DNA from: Rickettsiales bacterium
Lineage (GTDB): Bacteria; Pseudomonadota; Alphaproteobacteria; UBA8366
Assembly (NCBI GenBank): GCA_002724555.1
Contig: PBOZ01000059.1
Coordinates: forward strand, 66,414-130,413
Direction of reading: 5' to 3'
DNA: 64,000 nt
The notes beneath the pieces are model-generated. The model was not told where the DNA came from. It saw only the letters and a list, made by a program, of their open reading frames with translations, and did not search any database. This document shows, piece after piece, positions 26,662-36,403 of the stretch (the first letter of the stretch is position 1; each line of letters begins with the position of its first letter). The position numbers and the translations under genes were made by a program.

Positions 26662-28440
26662 ATGACCAACACGGCACTACTTGGAACGCTTCCCACTTGG
26701 GATTTGAGTGATCTTTATCCGGGAAAGGATTCTCTGGAACTTAAGGCCGATTTAGTCGAAGCGAAAGCGGACGCTGAGGCGTTTGCTAATGAGTTTAGGT
26801 ATAAAGTACTAGATTTAGATGGTGCCGTGTTGGCAGGTGCTATTAACGAGTATGAGCGACAGCAGGAACGTCTTGGCCGTGCAATGAGCTATGCCCACCT
26901 GCTATACGCCGGTGATATTACTGGTCCTGATTCTGGGCGGTTCTTCCAGTCGATAAAGGAACAAGTTAACGCTATAGCAACTGTAATACTATTCTTCGAG
27001 TTGGATCTTCGACGTATCGAAGAAGCGGATCTCGAAATAAAATTGAAAACCCCTGAGTTGGCCCGCTACCTACCTTGGTTGCGTGACATGCGTGCCTATC
27101 GGCCTTTTCAGCTTTCGGAGGAAGTTGAGAGACTGTTGCATGAGAAATCCGTTGCGGGTCGAACAGCTTGGGTCCGGCTATTTGATGAGACAATCGCAGA
27201 ATTACGCTTCCCTTTTCAGGGACGTGACCTGACCGAGACCGAAATCCTCGATCGGATGAGCGGTTCTGATGGCGAGGAGCGAAAATTAGCTGCCCAGTCG
27301 CTCGGCAAAGTACTTGAAGACAATATTCGAACCTTTACGCTCATAACCAATACGCTAGCAAAGGATAAACAGATTGAAGACCGTTGGCGGGGGTTCGAGC
27401 GCCCCATTTCTAGCCGGAACCTTGCAAATTTTGTTGAGGATGATGTTGTCAATGCGCTCCTCAAATCAGTACAAGACGCTTATCCGCGCATTTCGCACCG
27501 ATATTACGGTATTAAGGCGAGGTGGTTTGGACTGGATAGGCTCGATTATTGGGACCGAAATGCACCACCACCGGATAAGGATGAACGTATAATTCCATGG
27601 GCAACGGCACGTGAAACTGTCTTAAGCGCTTACAGTGATTTTTCTAGTGAGTTGGCGGGAGTTGGCGCCGAATTCTTTGAAAAACCCTGGATCGATGCTG
27701 CCGTTCGGCCTGGAAAGGCATCGGGTGCCTTCGCGCACCCGACCGTACCGTCGGCCCATCCATATCTTTTGTTGAACTACCAAGGGAAAACAAGGGATGT
27801 CATGACCTTGGCCCATGAATTAGGCCACGGTGTTCATCAGGTCCTTTCAGCAGGCCAGGGCCAGTTGATGGCAGACACTCCACTCACTTTGGCTGAGACG
27901 GCCAGTGTTTTTGGCGAGATGCTAACCTTTCAGGCCATGTTACGTTCGACCGATGACAGAGTGGCACGCCGTACCATGTTGGCGGGAAAAATTGAGGACA
28001 TTATAAACACGGTAGTTCGCCAAACAGCCTTTTGTATCTTCGAACGCGACCTCCATGATGCTCGGCTAGAGGGTGAACTGACCGCTGAGCATATCGGCGA
28101 AATTTGGATGAACGTTCAAGAAGATAGTCTCGGACCTGTTTTTCGCTACGGTGAGGAATATCGGCATTTCTGGGCCTATATCCCGCACTTTATTCATTCG
28201 CCTTTTTATGTTTATGCATATGCGTTTGGGGATTGTTTGGTGAACGCTTTGTACTCCGTATACCAGGATGCCGACGCTAGTTTTGCTGAAAAATACTTAG
28301 ATATGCTGAGCGCTGGGGGCACATTGCGTCACCAGGAATTACTCGCTCCTTTCGGTCTCGACGCGACCGACCCAGCGTTCTGGGAGAAAGGTCTTGTCAT
28401 GGTCGAGCATTTGATCGACGAACTTGAAGCGACTTGGTAG
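26662..28440 (+). CDS. pepF: M3 family oligoendopeptidase (PepF-like)
   Basis: 592 aa. Zinc motif HELGHGVH. The length and flanking pattern fit M3B oligoendopeptidase F. Confidence 0.88.
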   Translation: MTNTALLGTLPTWDLSDLYPGKDSLELKADLVEAKADAEAFANEFRYKVLDLDGAVLAGAINEYERQQERLGRAMSYAHLLYAGDITGPDSGRFFQSIKEQVNAIATVILFFELDLRRIEEADLEIKLKTPELARYLPWLRDMRAYRPFQLSEEVERLLHEKSVAGRTAWVRLFDETIAELRFPFQGRDLTETEILDRMSGSDGEERKLAAQSLGKVLEDNIRTFTLITNTLAKDKQIEDRWRGFERPISSRNLANFVEDDVVNALLKSVQDAYPRISHRYYGIKARWFGLDRLDYWDRNAPPPDKDERIIPWATARETVLSAYSDFSSELAGVGAEFFEKPWIDAAVRPGKASGAFAHPTVPSAHPYLLLNYQGKTRDVMTLAHELGHGVHQVLSAGQGQLMADTPLTLAETASVFGEMLTFQAMLRSTDDRVARRTMLAGKIEDIINTVVRQTAFCIFERDLHDARLEGELTAEHIGEIWMNVQEDSLGPVFRYGEEYRHFWAYIPHFIHSPFYVYAYAFGDCLVNALYSVYQDADASFAEKYLDMLSAGGTLRHQELLAPFGLDATDPAFWEKGLVMVEHLIDELEATW

Positions 28441-28463
28441 CCGAGGCAATGTCTGAGGCAGAA

Positions 28464-29711
28464 ATGGGCCCAACGAAGACCGTTGCCGTAATTGGTGCCG
28501 GTATCGCCGGTGTTTCGACAGCACTTTACTTACAATTAGATGGGCATAGGGTCTCAATTTTTGATCCAAAGCGTCCGGGCTCAATGACATCCTTCGGAAA
28601 TGCTGGCTTGATTGCAACCTACGCAACGTTGCCAACTGCAACGCCAGGCATTTTGATGAAAGTGCCAAAGATGTTGATGGATCCAGCTGGTCCGCTCAGC
28701 CTGCGCTGGAGCTATCTGCCGCAGCTATCGCCATGGTTGTTTTCATTACTGCGAAACAGCGCGCCGAAACGCATTCGGCGGAACGCCTATGTAAAATCAC
28801 TCTTGTTAAACCGAGCATGGGATGATTTCCGCCCATTGATTGAAGCGACGAAAGCTGAAGACCTGGTCTATGCAGGAGGTATGCTCCGCGTCTTTCGAAC
28901 CGAACAGGCATTCGAAGTAATGAAAGCTCGAGAGCTTGAATTGATGGACTATACAAAGCGTTCATATGAGTTGCTGAATGCGGATGAAATCCGCCAGATG
29001 GAACCAGCTTTGGAGCCGGTCTTTCCGCATGCGATCTATTCGACCGACAGCCGCAATATTCGAAACCCGGGCCGGCTGACCGAAGTCTTTGCGGATCATT
29101 TTATTGCGAAAGGTGGTAGCATCATTCCAGAAGCGGTTGCGGATATAGAGCAGACGTCTGGAGGAAACTGGCGCATTCGCAGCAACGGCTCAAATAGTTC
29201 CTTTGATGCGGTGGTTGTTGCAGCGGGCTCATGGTCGCGGCGATTGGCGAAGAAACTTCGTATTCGACTATTGTTGGAGTCCGAGCGCGGTTATCACGTG
29301 ATGGTCCCAGCACCAGTGCGCGGATTGAATCGGTCTGTTCATTTCGGAGAAGAAGGCTTTATGCTGTCGCCGATGGAAACGGGGTATCGGATTTCGACTG
29401 GCGTTGAGCTGGCCGGAATTGATGCTCCGCCGGACTATCGACGTATTCGCCGCGCCGTTGGTGCTGCCGAAGGACTTGTGAAAGGCCTGAAGGTGAAAGA
29501 AGAATCAATCTGGATGGGCCGGCGACCGTCGACCCCCGATACTGTGCCGATTCTGGGCAAACTGTCCGGGATGGACGGATTGTATTTCGCGACTGGCGGA
29601 GCGCATATTGGTATGTCCCTTGGCCCGACCTTCGGTAAGATAATAGCTGATTTGGTTTCCGGCCGTGATCCTGGAATCGATCTAGATCCATATCGACCGG
29701 ATCGTTGGTAA
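28464..29711 (+). CDS. FAD-dependent oxidoreductase (D-amino-acid dehydrogenase/DadA-like), copy 1
   Basis: Dinucleotide-binding motif VAVIGAGIAGVSTAL and a DAO-family body. The ORF overlaps the pepF stop. The start could be ATG 28449 or 28464. Confidence 0.85.
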   Translation: MGPTKTVAVIGAGIAGVSTALYLQLDGHRVSIFDPKRPGSMTSFGNAGLIATYATLPTATPGILMKVPKMLMDPAGPLSLRWSYLPQLSPWLFSLLRNSAPKRIRRNAYVKSLLLNRAWDDFRPLIEATKAEDLVYAGGMLRVFRTEQAFEVMKARELELMDYTKRSYELLNADEIRQMEPALEPVFPHAIYSTDSRNIRNPGRLTEVFADHFIAKGGSIIPEAVADIEQTSGGNWRIRSNGSNSSFDAVVVAAGSWSRRLAKKLRIRLLLESERGYHVMVPAPVRGLNRSVHFGEEGFMLSPMETGYRISTGVELAGIDAPPDYRRIRRAVGAAEGLVKGLKVKEESIWMGRRPSTPDTVPILGKLSGMDGLYFATGGAHIGMSLGPTFGKIIADLVSGRDPGIDLDPYRPDRW

Positions 29712-29727
29712 GCGAGGCAAATTCGAG

Positions 29728-30972
29728 ATGAGCGACACACCAAAGTCTATTGTGGTTATTGGGGCCGGTATTGCCGGCGTTGCATCGGCCTTATTCTTGC
29801 AGCAGGACGGGCATATCGTAAAAATTCTTGACCCCCGTGGTATCGGCGAAGGTGCCTCCTTTGGCAATGCAGGTACCATCGCACTGACGTCTTGTGTCCC
29901 GACAGCGCGTCCAGATACCATGAAACGAGTACCAAAGATGTTGCTCGATCCTGCGGGGCCTTTCAATATCCGCTGGTCTTACTTACCAAAGTTGACACCG
30001 TGGTTGATTGACCTGCTCCGTAACAGTTCTCCAGATAAAATACTTGCGAACGCAAAGGCAAAGACTGCACTTCTCGAACATGCAATGCCTGCCTACAACG
30101 AGTTGATCGCTGAGGTGCAAACCGAACACATGATTGTTCGCAATGGCATCCTGCAGGTTTTTGAAACGGATCAAGGACTTAAGGGCATGGAGCGTGATCA
30201 TGCATTAATGCAGGAATGCGGGCACAAAATTGAATTTTTGCCGGTCGAGGAAATCCGTCAGATGGAGCCGGCCCTTGCACAAAAGTTCAAGCATGCCGTT
30301 TACATTGAAAATCATGCGACGATCAAAGATCCGGGGCAGCTTATTAAAAAGTTTTCTGCGCATTTCGAAGCTAAGGGTGGTGCGTTCTTCCAGGAACAAG
30401 TCATTGGCCTTAAGAGAGAAGGGACAGTTTGGTCCGTTAACACCGATAAGGGTTCTCATGTAGCCGAACGGGTCATTGTTGCGGCAGGTGCTTGGTCACG
30501 GGAAATTGCTCGCATGATTGACTGTCGGATGCTCTTGGATACGGAGCGCGGTTACCATGTGATGTTGCCGCAGCCTGAGCCCACACTCCGCCGGCCGGTT
30601 CTCCTCGGCGACCACTCTGTTTTCATTGTACCGATGGCAAACGGCCTCCGCGTGACCAGCGGCATTGAGTTTGGCGGATTAGAATTGCCGCCCGATTATC
30701 GCCGTATTCGTAATATGATTCCCTTTGCTAAAAAGGTTATGCCGCAACTCGAAGAACGCGAGTTGTCGATCTGGATGGGTTTTCGGCCGTCGACGCCGGA
30801 TACGCGCCCGGTTTTGGGAGAAATGCCCGGTGTGGAGGGAATGTACTTTGCCACAGGGGGGTCGCATATAGGTATGACCCTGGGACCAATAATGGGCAAG
30901 GTTATCGCTGACCTAGTTGCGGGCCGCGATCCTGGAATAGATATGAACCCCTACACGCCAGGACGCTGGTAG
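29728..30972 (+). CDS. FAD-dependent oxidoreductase (DadA-like), copy 2 (tandem paralogue)
   Basis: 414 aa. Colinear with copy 1, from IVVIGAGIAGVASAL to ADLVAGRDPGIDMNPYTPGRW. Confidence 0.85.
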   Translation: MSDTPKSIVVIGAGIAGVASALFLQQDGHIVKILDPRGIGEGASFGNAGTIALTSCVPTARPDTMKRVPKMLLDPAGPFNIRWSYLPKLTPWLIDLLRNSSPDKILANAKAKTALLEHAMPAYNELIAEVQTEHMIVRNGILQVFETDQGLKGMERDHALMQECGHKIEFLPVEEIRQMEPALAQKFKHAVYIENHATIKDPGQLIKKFSAHFEAKGGAFFQEQVIGLKREGTVWSVNTDKGSHVAERVIVAAGAWSREIARMIDCRMLLDTERGYHVMLPQPEPTLRRPVLLGDHSVFIVPMANGLRVTSGIEFGGLELPPDYRRIRNMIPFAKKVMPQLEERELSIWMGFRPSTPDTRPVLGEMPGVEGMYFATGGSHIGMTLGPIMGKVIADLVAGRDPGIDMNPYTPGRW

Positions 30973-30994
30973 ACTAGCGGATATCCATTGCGAC

Positions 30995-32356
30995 ATGTCT
31001 GATCCCAACGATAACACGATCGGTCGCCGGGCCAAGCGATATGCGCGTGTTGGCGGCACGGTTGGTGGTCTCGCCGCAAAATTTGTTGGCTCCCGGTATC
31101 TGGGCCTCAATCTAGACAAGGGAAAACATGCAGGTGAACTGACGGCTGCGCTCGGTGCCCTGAAAGGGCCATTAATGAAGGTGGCGCAACTGCTTGCCAC
31201 GATTCCAGATGCCCTGCCGGACGAGTATGTTAAAGAACTTAAACAGCTGCAATCGGATGCGCCTTCAATGGGTTGGCCATTCGTCCGCCGCCGCATGACG
31301 GCGGAACTTGGCCATAATTGGCGAGAGCAGTTCGACAGTTTTGATCGCGAGGCGGCGCATGCCGCTTCGCTGGGACAGGTACACCGCGCGACAGGGCTGG
31401 ATGGCATGCCCTACGCTTGTAAACTGCAATATCCCGACATGTTGGCTGCCGTTGAGGCTGATCTCAATCAGCTTGATCTGGTTTTTAAAATTTATGCGCG
31501 GGCAGACAAAGCTATTGATACGCGTAATATTCATGCGGAGATATCTGAGCGCCTTCGTGAGGAGTTGGACTACGACTTGGAAGGGCGCCACATGGACCTT
31601 TATAGGTGCATGCTAGCAGACGAGGTTAGTGTTCATGTGCCTAAACGCATCCCGGAGCTTTCAACGAGTCGTTTGCTGACCATGACTTGGCTTGGTGGCG
31701 AGCCACTGATGAACTTTGCAGCGGCGCCCCTCGAAGTCCGCAACGGTGTTGCCCGCAACATGTTCAAAGCTTGGTATATGCCCTTCTACTACTATGGTGT
31801 CATCCACGGTGATCCCCATTTTGGTAATTACAGCGTGCGTGCTGACCAGTCGATCAATTTGATGGATTTCGGCTGCATCCGAAAGTTTGATGCTTCCTTT
31901 GTACGGGGTGTAATTGATTTATACTACGCGCTCCGCGACGATGACCGTGACCGCGCCGCCTATGCATATGAGACTTGGGGGTTTTTGGAAATTACTGACG
32001 AACTTATTGATACTATGAATATCTGGGCTGAGTTCGTATATGCGCCGCTTCTCTGCGACAAGGTGCAGAAAATCCAAGAAAGCGACAGTGGTCTTTATGG
32101 CGCTAGTATTGCTAGTAAGGTCCATTCAGAACTCCGTAAACTCGGTGGAATTCAGCCGCCTCGGGAATTTGTTTTTATGGACCGGGCGGCCATTGGGCTT
32201 GGTTCTGTTTTCATGCATTTAAAAGCGGAAATCAATTGGCACCAGATGTTTCATGGGTTAATTGAGAATTTCGACGAAAAATCGCTCGCAGATCGGCAGG
32301 CTTGCGCGCTTGCAGAGAATGGTCTGCACGACACGTTGTCATCAGTTAGTCAATGA
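30995..32356 (+). CDS. ABC1/UbiB (AarF) atypical kinase family protein
   Basis: 453 aa. Carries KGPLMKVAQLLATIPDALPDEY, AASLGQVHRA and the catalytic HGDPHFGNY. Confidence 0.85.
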   Translation: MSDPNDNTIGRRAKRYARVGGTVGGLAAKFVGSRYLGLNLDKGKHAGELTAALGALKGPLMKVAQLLATIPDALPDEYVKELKQLQSDAPSMGWPFVRRRMTAELGHNWREQFDSFDREAAHAASLGQVHRATGLDGMPYACKLQYPDMLAAVEADLNQLDLVFKIYARADKAIDTRNIHAEISERLREELDYDLEGRHMDLYRCMLADEVSVHVPKRIPELSTSRLLTMTWLGGEPLMNFAAAPLEVRNGVARNMFKAWYMPFYYYGVIHGDPHFGNYSVRADQSINLMDFGCIRKFDASFVRGVIDLYYALRDDDRDRAAYAYETWGFLEITDELIDTMNIWAEFVYAPLLCDKVQKIQESDSGLYGASIASKVHSELRKLGGIQPPREFVFMDRAAIGLGSVFMHLKAEINWHQMFHGLIENFDEKSLADRQACALAENGLHDTLSSVSQ

Positions 32357-32908
32357 CGTCAACTTCACTGAATTTTTGGAAGGAAATGCCAGGCTAAAGG
32401 AAGCGGCTTTACCTAACACGTATACTTGCGCGAAGCTTATATGGGAAAATTAAATGGTTAAGATCGTACCGACGAACCCTATTGGATTTAAGTTATAAGT
32501 TCCTTGCCCAAAGAAGATGGGAATAACAGGTCTGAGGTTGCTTGGAAAAGTTGATTTTGCCAATTTCTCGTCGTCAAATTGTAATTTCGCACGCAATATT
32601 TTGCCCGCATATAATGTCTTTCTATAAGTTAGAAGCAGATAAAACTCATGCTTAAGCTGTCGACGAACATTACAAGATAGGAGTCTGCGACATATTGGAA
32701 TAAACCCAAACCGGCCGCACGTGCATTTTCGGAAAATACGCCAAGCCCGGTAACCAAAATTATGGTGAGCGCGAGATACCCTTCGGGTGTACATATTTTT
32801 CGAGTAAGCTTATTCATCAGTTACTTTCGCATGTTTTCAGCAATCCTTCAATTCTTCCGCAGTGACACCTTTATTAGGTCCTGATAGTTTTTGCCAGTAG
32901 GAGGCAGG

Positions 32909-34279
32909 ATGTCCAAAGGTCTGTTGGCGCAAGCTGAAGAACAATTCATCGCTGGCAAATTCGACGCCGTTGCTGACCTTTGCGGTGAATTGATTGGCTC
33001 TGACCCTGATTGTCATCAAGCTTATTATCTCTTAGGTCGGACCTGCCTTGCATTGGGTCGTTCAGACGAGGCTATGGAAATGATCGGCCAAGCTGTGGAA
33101 AAAAAACCATCGGCGGCCCCTTACCATGCCGAGATGGGGAATTTGCTCGCGACCACGGGAGATTTCGAACGGGCGGCAGGTTCATATTTCGAAGCAATTA
33201 GTCTCGCACCAAATTTTATTGATCCACATGTTAATTTGGGAGCGGTGCTTCAGATCTTGGGCCGGTTCGAAGAATGCGCCATCGTTTATGAAAAATCTAT
33301 TCAATTGGCGCCGGACGCTGCGACGCTGCACTACAACCTTGCAATGGTGCGCGAATTCTTGGGTGATTTGGACATTGCAATTTCTGAATATCGAATGGCA
33401 TCCGAACTTGAGCCAGGGTGGTCAGAATTGCATCGTTCGCTTGGTAATGCATTGCTGTTGGCTGAAGAAACGGAGGAGGCTGTTGAGTGCTTCCGCAAGG
33501 CAATTGCCCTTGCTTCTGATGAACCGGGCCTTTATGTCGACCTGGCTAGGGCATTATTAAATTCAGGCGATACGAAAGGTGCCTTGGCAACGTGTGACGT
33601 TTATATGACTTCGCATCCATATTATGGTCCGCTTGTTGCCGCGCACGCCCTTATCTTAAATGAAATTGGCCATGAGGAGCAGGCGCAGCGGTTGTTAGGA
33701 GTAGAGACGTTGGTGCAGACGTTCAGAAGTATACCGCCGGCGACATTTGGTGACATAGACACTTTTGATGCAGCGCTCATCAAAGAGGCGGAACCATTTT
33801 TGTCGGACGTTTCTCTCACAAAGGCGCGTCAAATTGACGAACTGCAAGACACGGATCTGTTTTTTTTTCGACCAGGACCCGCCGCCTCCGTGTTAATTCA
33901 GTGGATCGAGCGAGCTGTGAAACAATACATCGTCTGTTTGCCGGATGATCCAAGCCATCCATTGGTTGCAAATTTGCCAAAACGCTGGCGTTTAGTAGGT
34001 CGGGTCGGCCAGCTTAGCGCTCTGGTAAACCAAATGGCTTGTAGTCGCTCGGCTGGATGGCTGAGTGGTATTTATGTGGCCGGCGCACCTAAAGGGTGTT
34101 TGTCATTTGGCGCGCCTCCGCCGGATTGGAACTGTAAATCCGTTCTGGCGTCGCGGATGGTTGCCCCCAAGGTTGGCGAAATGGTTTTGTTCCCGTCCTA
34201 TCTTTATCATCGCGTTGTTCCGAGAAATGGAGATAAGGACTTTATTTATTGCGCATTCGATGTCGTAGAGCAGGAGTAA
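32909..34279 (+). CDS. TPR-repeat protein with a C-terminal 2OG-Fe(II)-oxygenase-like (2OG-FeII_Oxy_5 type) domain
   Basis: AGGAGG SD. The N-terminal ~230 aa are TPR repeats (AYYLLGRTCLALGRSDEA..., NLGAVLQILGRFEEC...). The C-terminus is GWLSGIYVAG...GEMVLFPSYLYHRVVP. Confidence 0.75.
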   Translation: MSKGLLAQAEEQFIAGKFDAVADLCGELIGSDPDCHQAYYLLGRTCLALGRSDEAMEMIGQAVEKKPSAAPYHAEMGNLLATTGDFERAAGSYFEAISLAPNFIDPHVNLGAVLQILGRFEECAIVYEKSIQLAPDAATLHYNLAMVREFLGDLDIAISEYRMASELEPGWSELHRSLGNALLLAEETEEAVECFRKAIALASDEPGLYVDLARALLNSGDTKGALATCDVYMTSHPYYGPLVAAHALILNEIGHEEQAQRLLGVETLVQTFRSIPPATFGDIDTFDAALIKEAEPFLSDVSLTKARQIDELQDTDLFFFRPGPAASVLIQWIERAVKQYIVCLPDDPSHPLVANLPKRWRLVGRVGQLSALVNQMACSRSAGWLSGIYVAGAPKGCLSFGAPPPDWNCKSVLASRMVAPKVGEMVLFPSYLYHRVVPRNGDKDFIYCAFDVVEQE

Positions 34280-34286
34280 TTAAAAA

Positions 34287-34580
34287 ATGAACGACAGGAG
34301 CCTTGCTGCTTTACCCACTGTGCAGGTTGATAATGATCGTGTGAGGGTAACAGAATGGCGATTTGCGCCGTGTGCAGCAACTGGTTGGCACCGTCATGAA
34401 TACGATTATGTCGTCGTACCAATGACGACCGGAAAGCTTCTACTGAAGGATGTCGATGGCGAACACTACGCTGAATTAACAGCCGGTGTTTCCTATAGTC
34501 GGACAGCGGGAGTTGAGCACGATGTTATAAACGCAAATGATTACGAATTTATATTTGTCGAAGTTGAAATGAAATCCTAA
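34287..34580 (+). CDS. Cupin domain protein
   Basis: 97 aa. GWHRHEYDYVVVPMTTG...GVEHDVIN is a small-cupin pattern. Confidence 0.7.
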   Translation: MNDRSLAALPTVQVDNDRVRVTEWRFAPCAATGWHRHEYDYVVVPMTTGKLLLKDVDGEHYAELTAGVSYSRTAGVEHDVINANDYEFIFVEVEMKS

Positions 34581-34743
34581 ATGATGGAATGCTAGTCTTG
34601 CGCGTATTCTCTGGCCGAAGGGTTGATTAGACGCGACGAAAACTATTACGAAATTTATCTCCGGTGTGCTTGTCAATCTCCGGCGCAACTGGCAATTTAC
34701 GCGGCGGAATTTAATCCATCAGGCACGACGAGGGTCAATTTAG

Positions 34744-35967
34744 ATGAAAATCGCCATCCTGAAGGAACGGCGTCCTCACGAAACGCGTGTCGCTGCTTCA
34801 GCTGAGACAATCAAGAAGTTTTTAGAATTAGGCGCCGAAGTTTGTGTCGAGAAAGATGCAGGCAAGGGATCGAGTATGCCGGATGCCGTCTTCAAAGAGG
34901 CTGGGGCGACGATTGCAGCCAGTGCTGCAGATGCTGTTGAAGGTGCTGAGATCATTTTGAAAGTGCAGCGCCCGATGATTTCTGGCGAGAAGCAAGATGA
35001 ACTCTCAATCCTCTCATCGGGGCAGTCCTTAGTTTGCCAAATGAATGCTCTAACGGACAACGACTTCGTGGCGGCCATGGGAGAAGCAGGTATAACAGGT
35101 TTTGCTATGGAGTTGATGCCACGAATAAGCCGTGCGCAGTCAATGGATGTACTGACATCTCAGTCAAACCTTGCTGGCTATAAGGCAGTTTTGGACGCGG
35201 CCTCCGAGTTTGGTCGAGCATTTCCCTTGATGATGACGGCAGCTGGGACCGTTCCGCCGGCTCGAGTTTTGGTTATGGGTGCGGGTGTGGCTGGATTGCA
35301 GGCGATTGCGACAGCGCGTCGGTTAGGCGCTATTGTCTCAGCCACCGATGTTCGCGCGGCAACAAAAGAGCAGGTCGAATCTTTGGGGGCTACGTTCTTG
35401 GCCGTGGAAGACGAAGAATTCGCGCAGGCACAGACCTCGGGTGGCTATGCCAAGGAAATGAGCGAGGCTTACCAAGCCAAACAATCAGCCCTAATAGCGG
35501 AATCGATCAGAAAACAGGATATTGTGATCTGCACTGCATTGATCCCTGGCCGACAGGCGCCAAAATTGGTTGACGCAAAGATGGTAGCATCTATGGCACC
35601 CGGCTCTGTCATTGTCGATCTGGCCGTCGAATCTGGGGGCAATTGCGCACTCTCTCAGGTCGATAAAGTTGTCCAGAAAAATGGTGTAAAGATCGTTGGG
35701 CATGCGAACACAGCAGGCCGTCTTGCAACTGATGCGAGTCGTTTATTTGCAAAAAATTTGCTAAATTTTCTGACGCCGCTCATCGATCAGAAAAATGGTG
35801 CGTTCAATATCGACATGGACGACGAGACTGTATCTGGCACATTAATTACCCGGGGTGGCGAAATTGTGCACCCCCTGTTGAAGAAATCAGCAGAGCCCCC
35901 TATCACCGGCCTTTCAAATGAAGTGTCGGTGGAATCGTCAGAAAAGGCGAGTGCGATAGCCGACTAA
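34744..35967 (+). CDS. pntAA: NAD(P) transhydrogenase subunit alpha part 1
   Basis: 407 aa. Starts MKIAILKERRPHETRVA. NAD-binding motif is VLVMGAGVAGLQAIATARRLGA. Followed by the alpha-2 and beta subunits. Confidence 0.93.
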   Translation: MKIAILKERRPHETRVAASAETIKKFLELGAEVCVEKDAGKGSSMPDAVFKEAGATIAASAADAVEGAEIILKVQRPMISGEKQDELSILSSGQSLVCQMNALTDNDFVAAMGEAGITGFAMELMPRISRAQSMDVLTSQSNLAGYKAVLDAASEFGRAFPLMMTAAGTVPPARVLVMGAGVAGLQAIATARRLGAIVSATDVRAATKEQVESLGATFLAVEDEEFAQAQTSGGYAKEMSEAYQAKQSALIAESIRKQDIVICTALIPGRQAPKLVDAKMVASMAPGSVIVDLAVESGGNCALSQVDKVVQKNGVKIVGHANTAGRLATDASRLFAKNLLNFLTPLIDQKNGAFNIDMDDETVSGTLITRGGEIVHPLLKKSAEPPITGLSNEVSVESSEKASAIAD

Positions 35968-35985
35968 ACTGAGGAAATTGGACGA

Positions 35986-36393
35986 ATGGAATCCGAAAAG
36001 CTGGTCGAAAGCGCAGAGGCGTTGGCTAATTCGGCGCGTGAGGTTGCACAACAGGCCGAAAGCGTGTTGAGCCAGACAACGCAAATCCTCATAAATCAAA
36101 ATGCGGGTGGAGAGAACGAATTCATTTATATGTTTACGATATTCATCCTCGCGATCTTCGTAGGTTATTACGTGGTGTGGAATGTTACTCCGGCATTACA
36201 TTCACCACTTATGAGCGTAACTAACGCGATTTCGTCGGTCATTATCGTCGGTGCGTTGATAGCTGTCGGACCAGCTGATTTCAGCATTGCCAAGGTTATG
36301 GGATTTATCGCTGTTGTCCTTGCGTCGATAAATATTTTTGGCGGTTTCATCGTTACGCAGCGAATGCTTCGCATGTATCGGAAAAAGAATTAG
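35986..36393 (+). CDS. pntAB: NAD(P) transhydrogenase subunit alpha part 2 (membrane)
   Basis: 135 aa. The TM segments include [24 protein letters not shown], which is characteristic of PntAB. Confidence 0.9.
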   Translation: MESEKLVESAEALANSAREVAQQAESVLSQTTQILINQNAGGENEFIYMFTIFILAIFVGYYVVWNVTPALHSPLMSVTNAISSVIIVGALIAVGPADFSIAKVMGFIAVVLASINIFGGFIVTQRMLRMYRKKN

Positions 36394-36403
36394 GAGTGCT
36401 GTC

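Noticed and set aside
26571-26663. 11-nt direct repeat AGAGGTGGTAT at 26571-26581 and 26653-26663. The second copy includes the pepF SD and start.
   Set aside because: It is short. The second copy is explained by the SD plus ATG, and the first is followed by ATC with no ORF. It is most likely chance, and there is no supporting structure.
27387-27405. tRNA T-arm-like sequence GCGGGGGTTCGAGCGCCCC.
   Set aside because: It lies inside the pepF coding frame. I could not build an acceptor, D or anticodon arm around it. No tRNA genes were found anywhere in the window.
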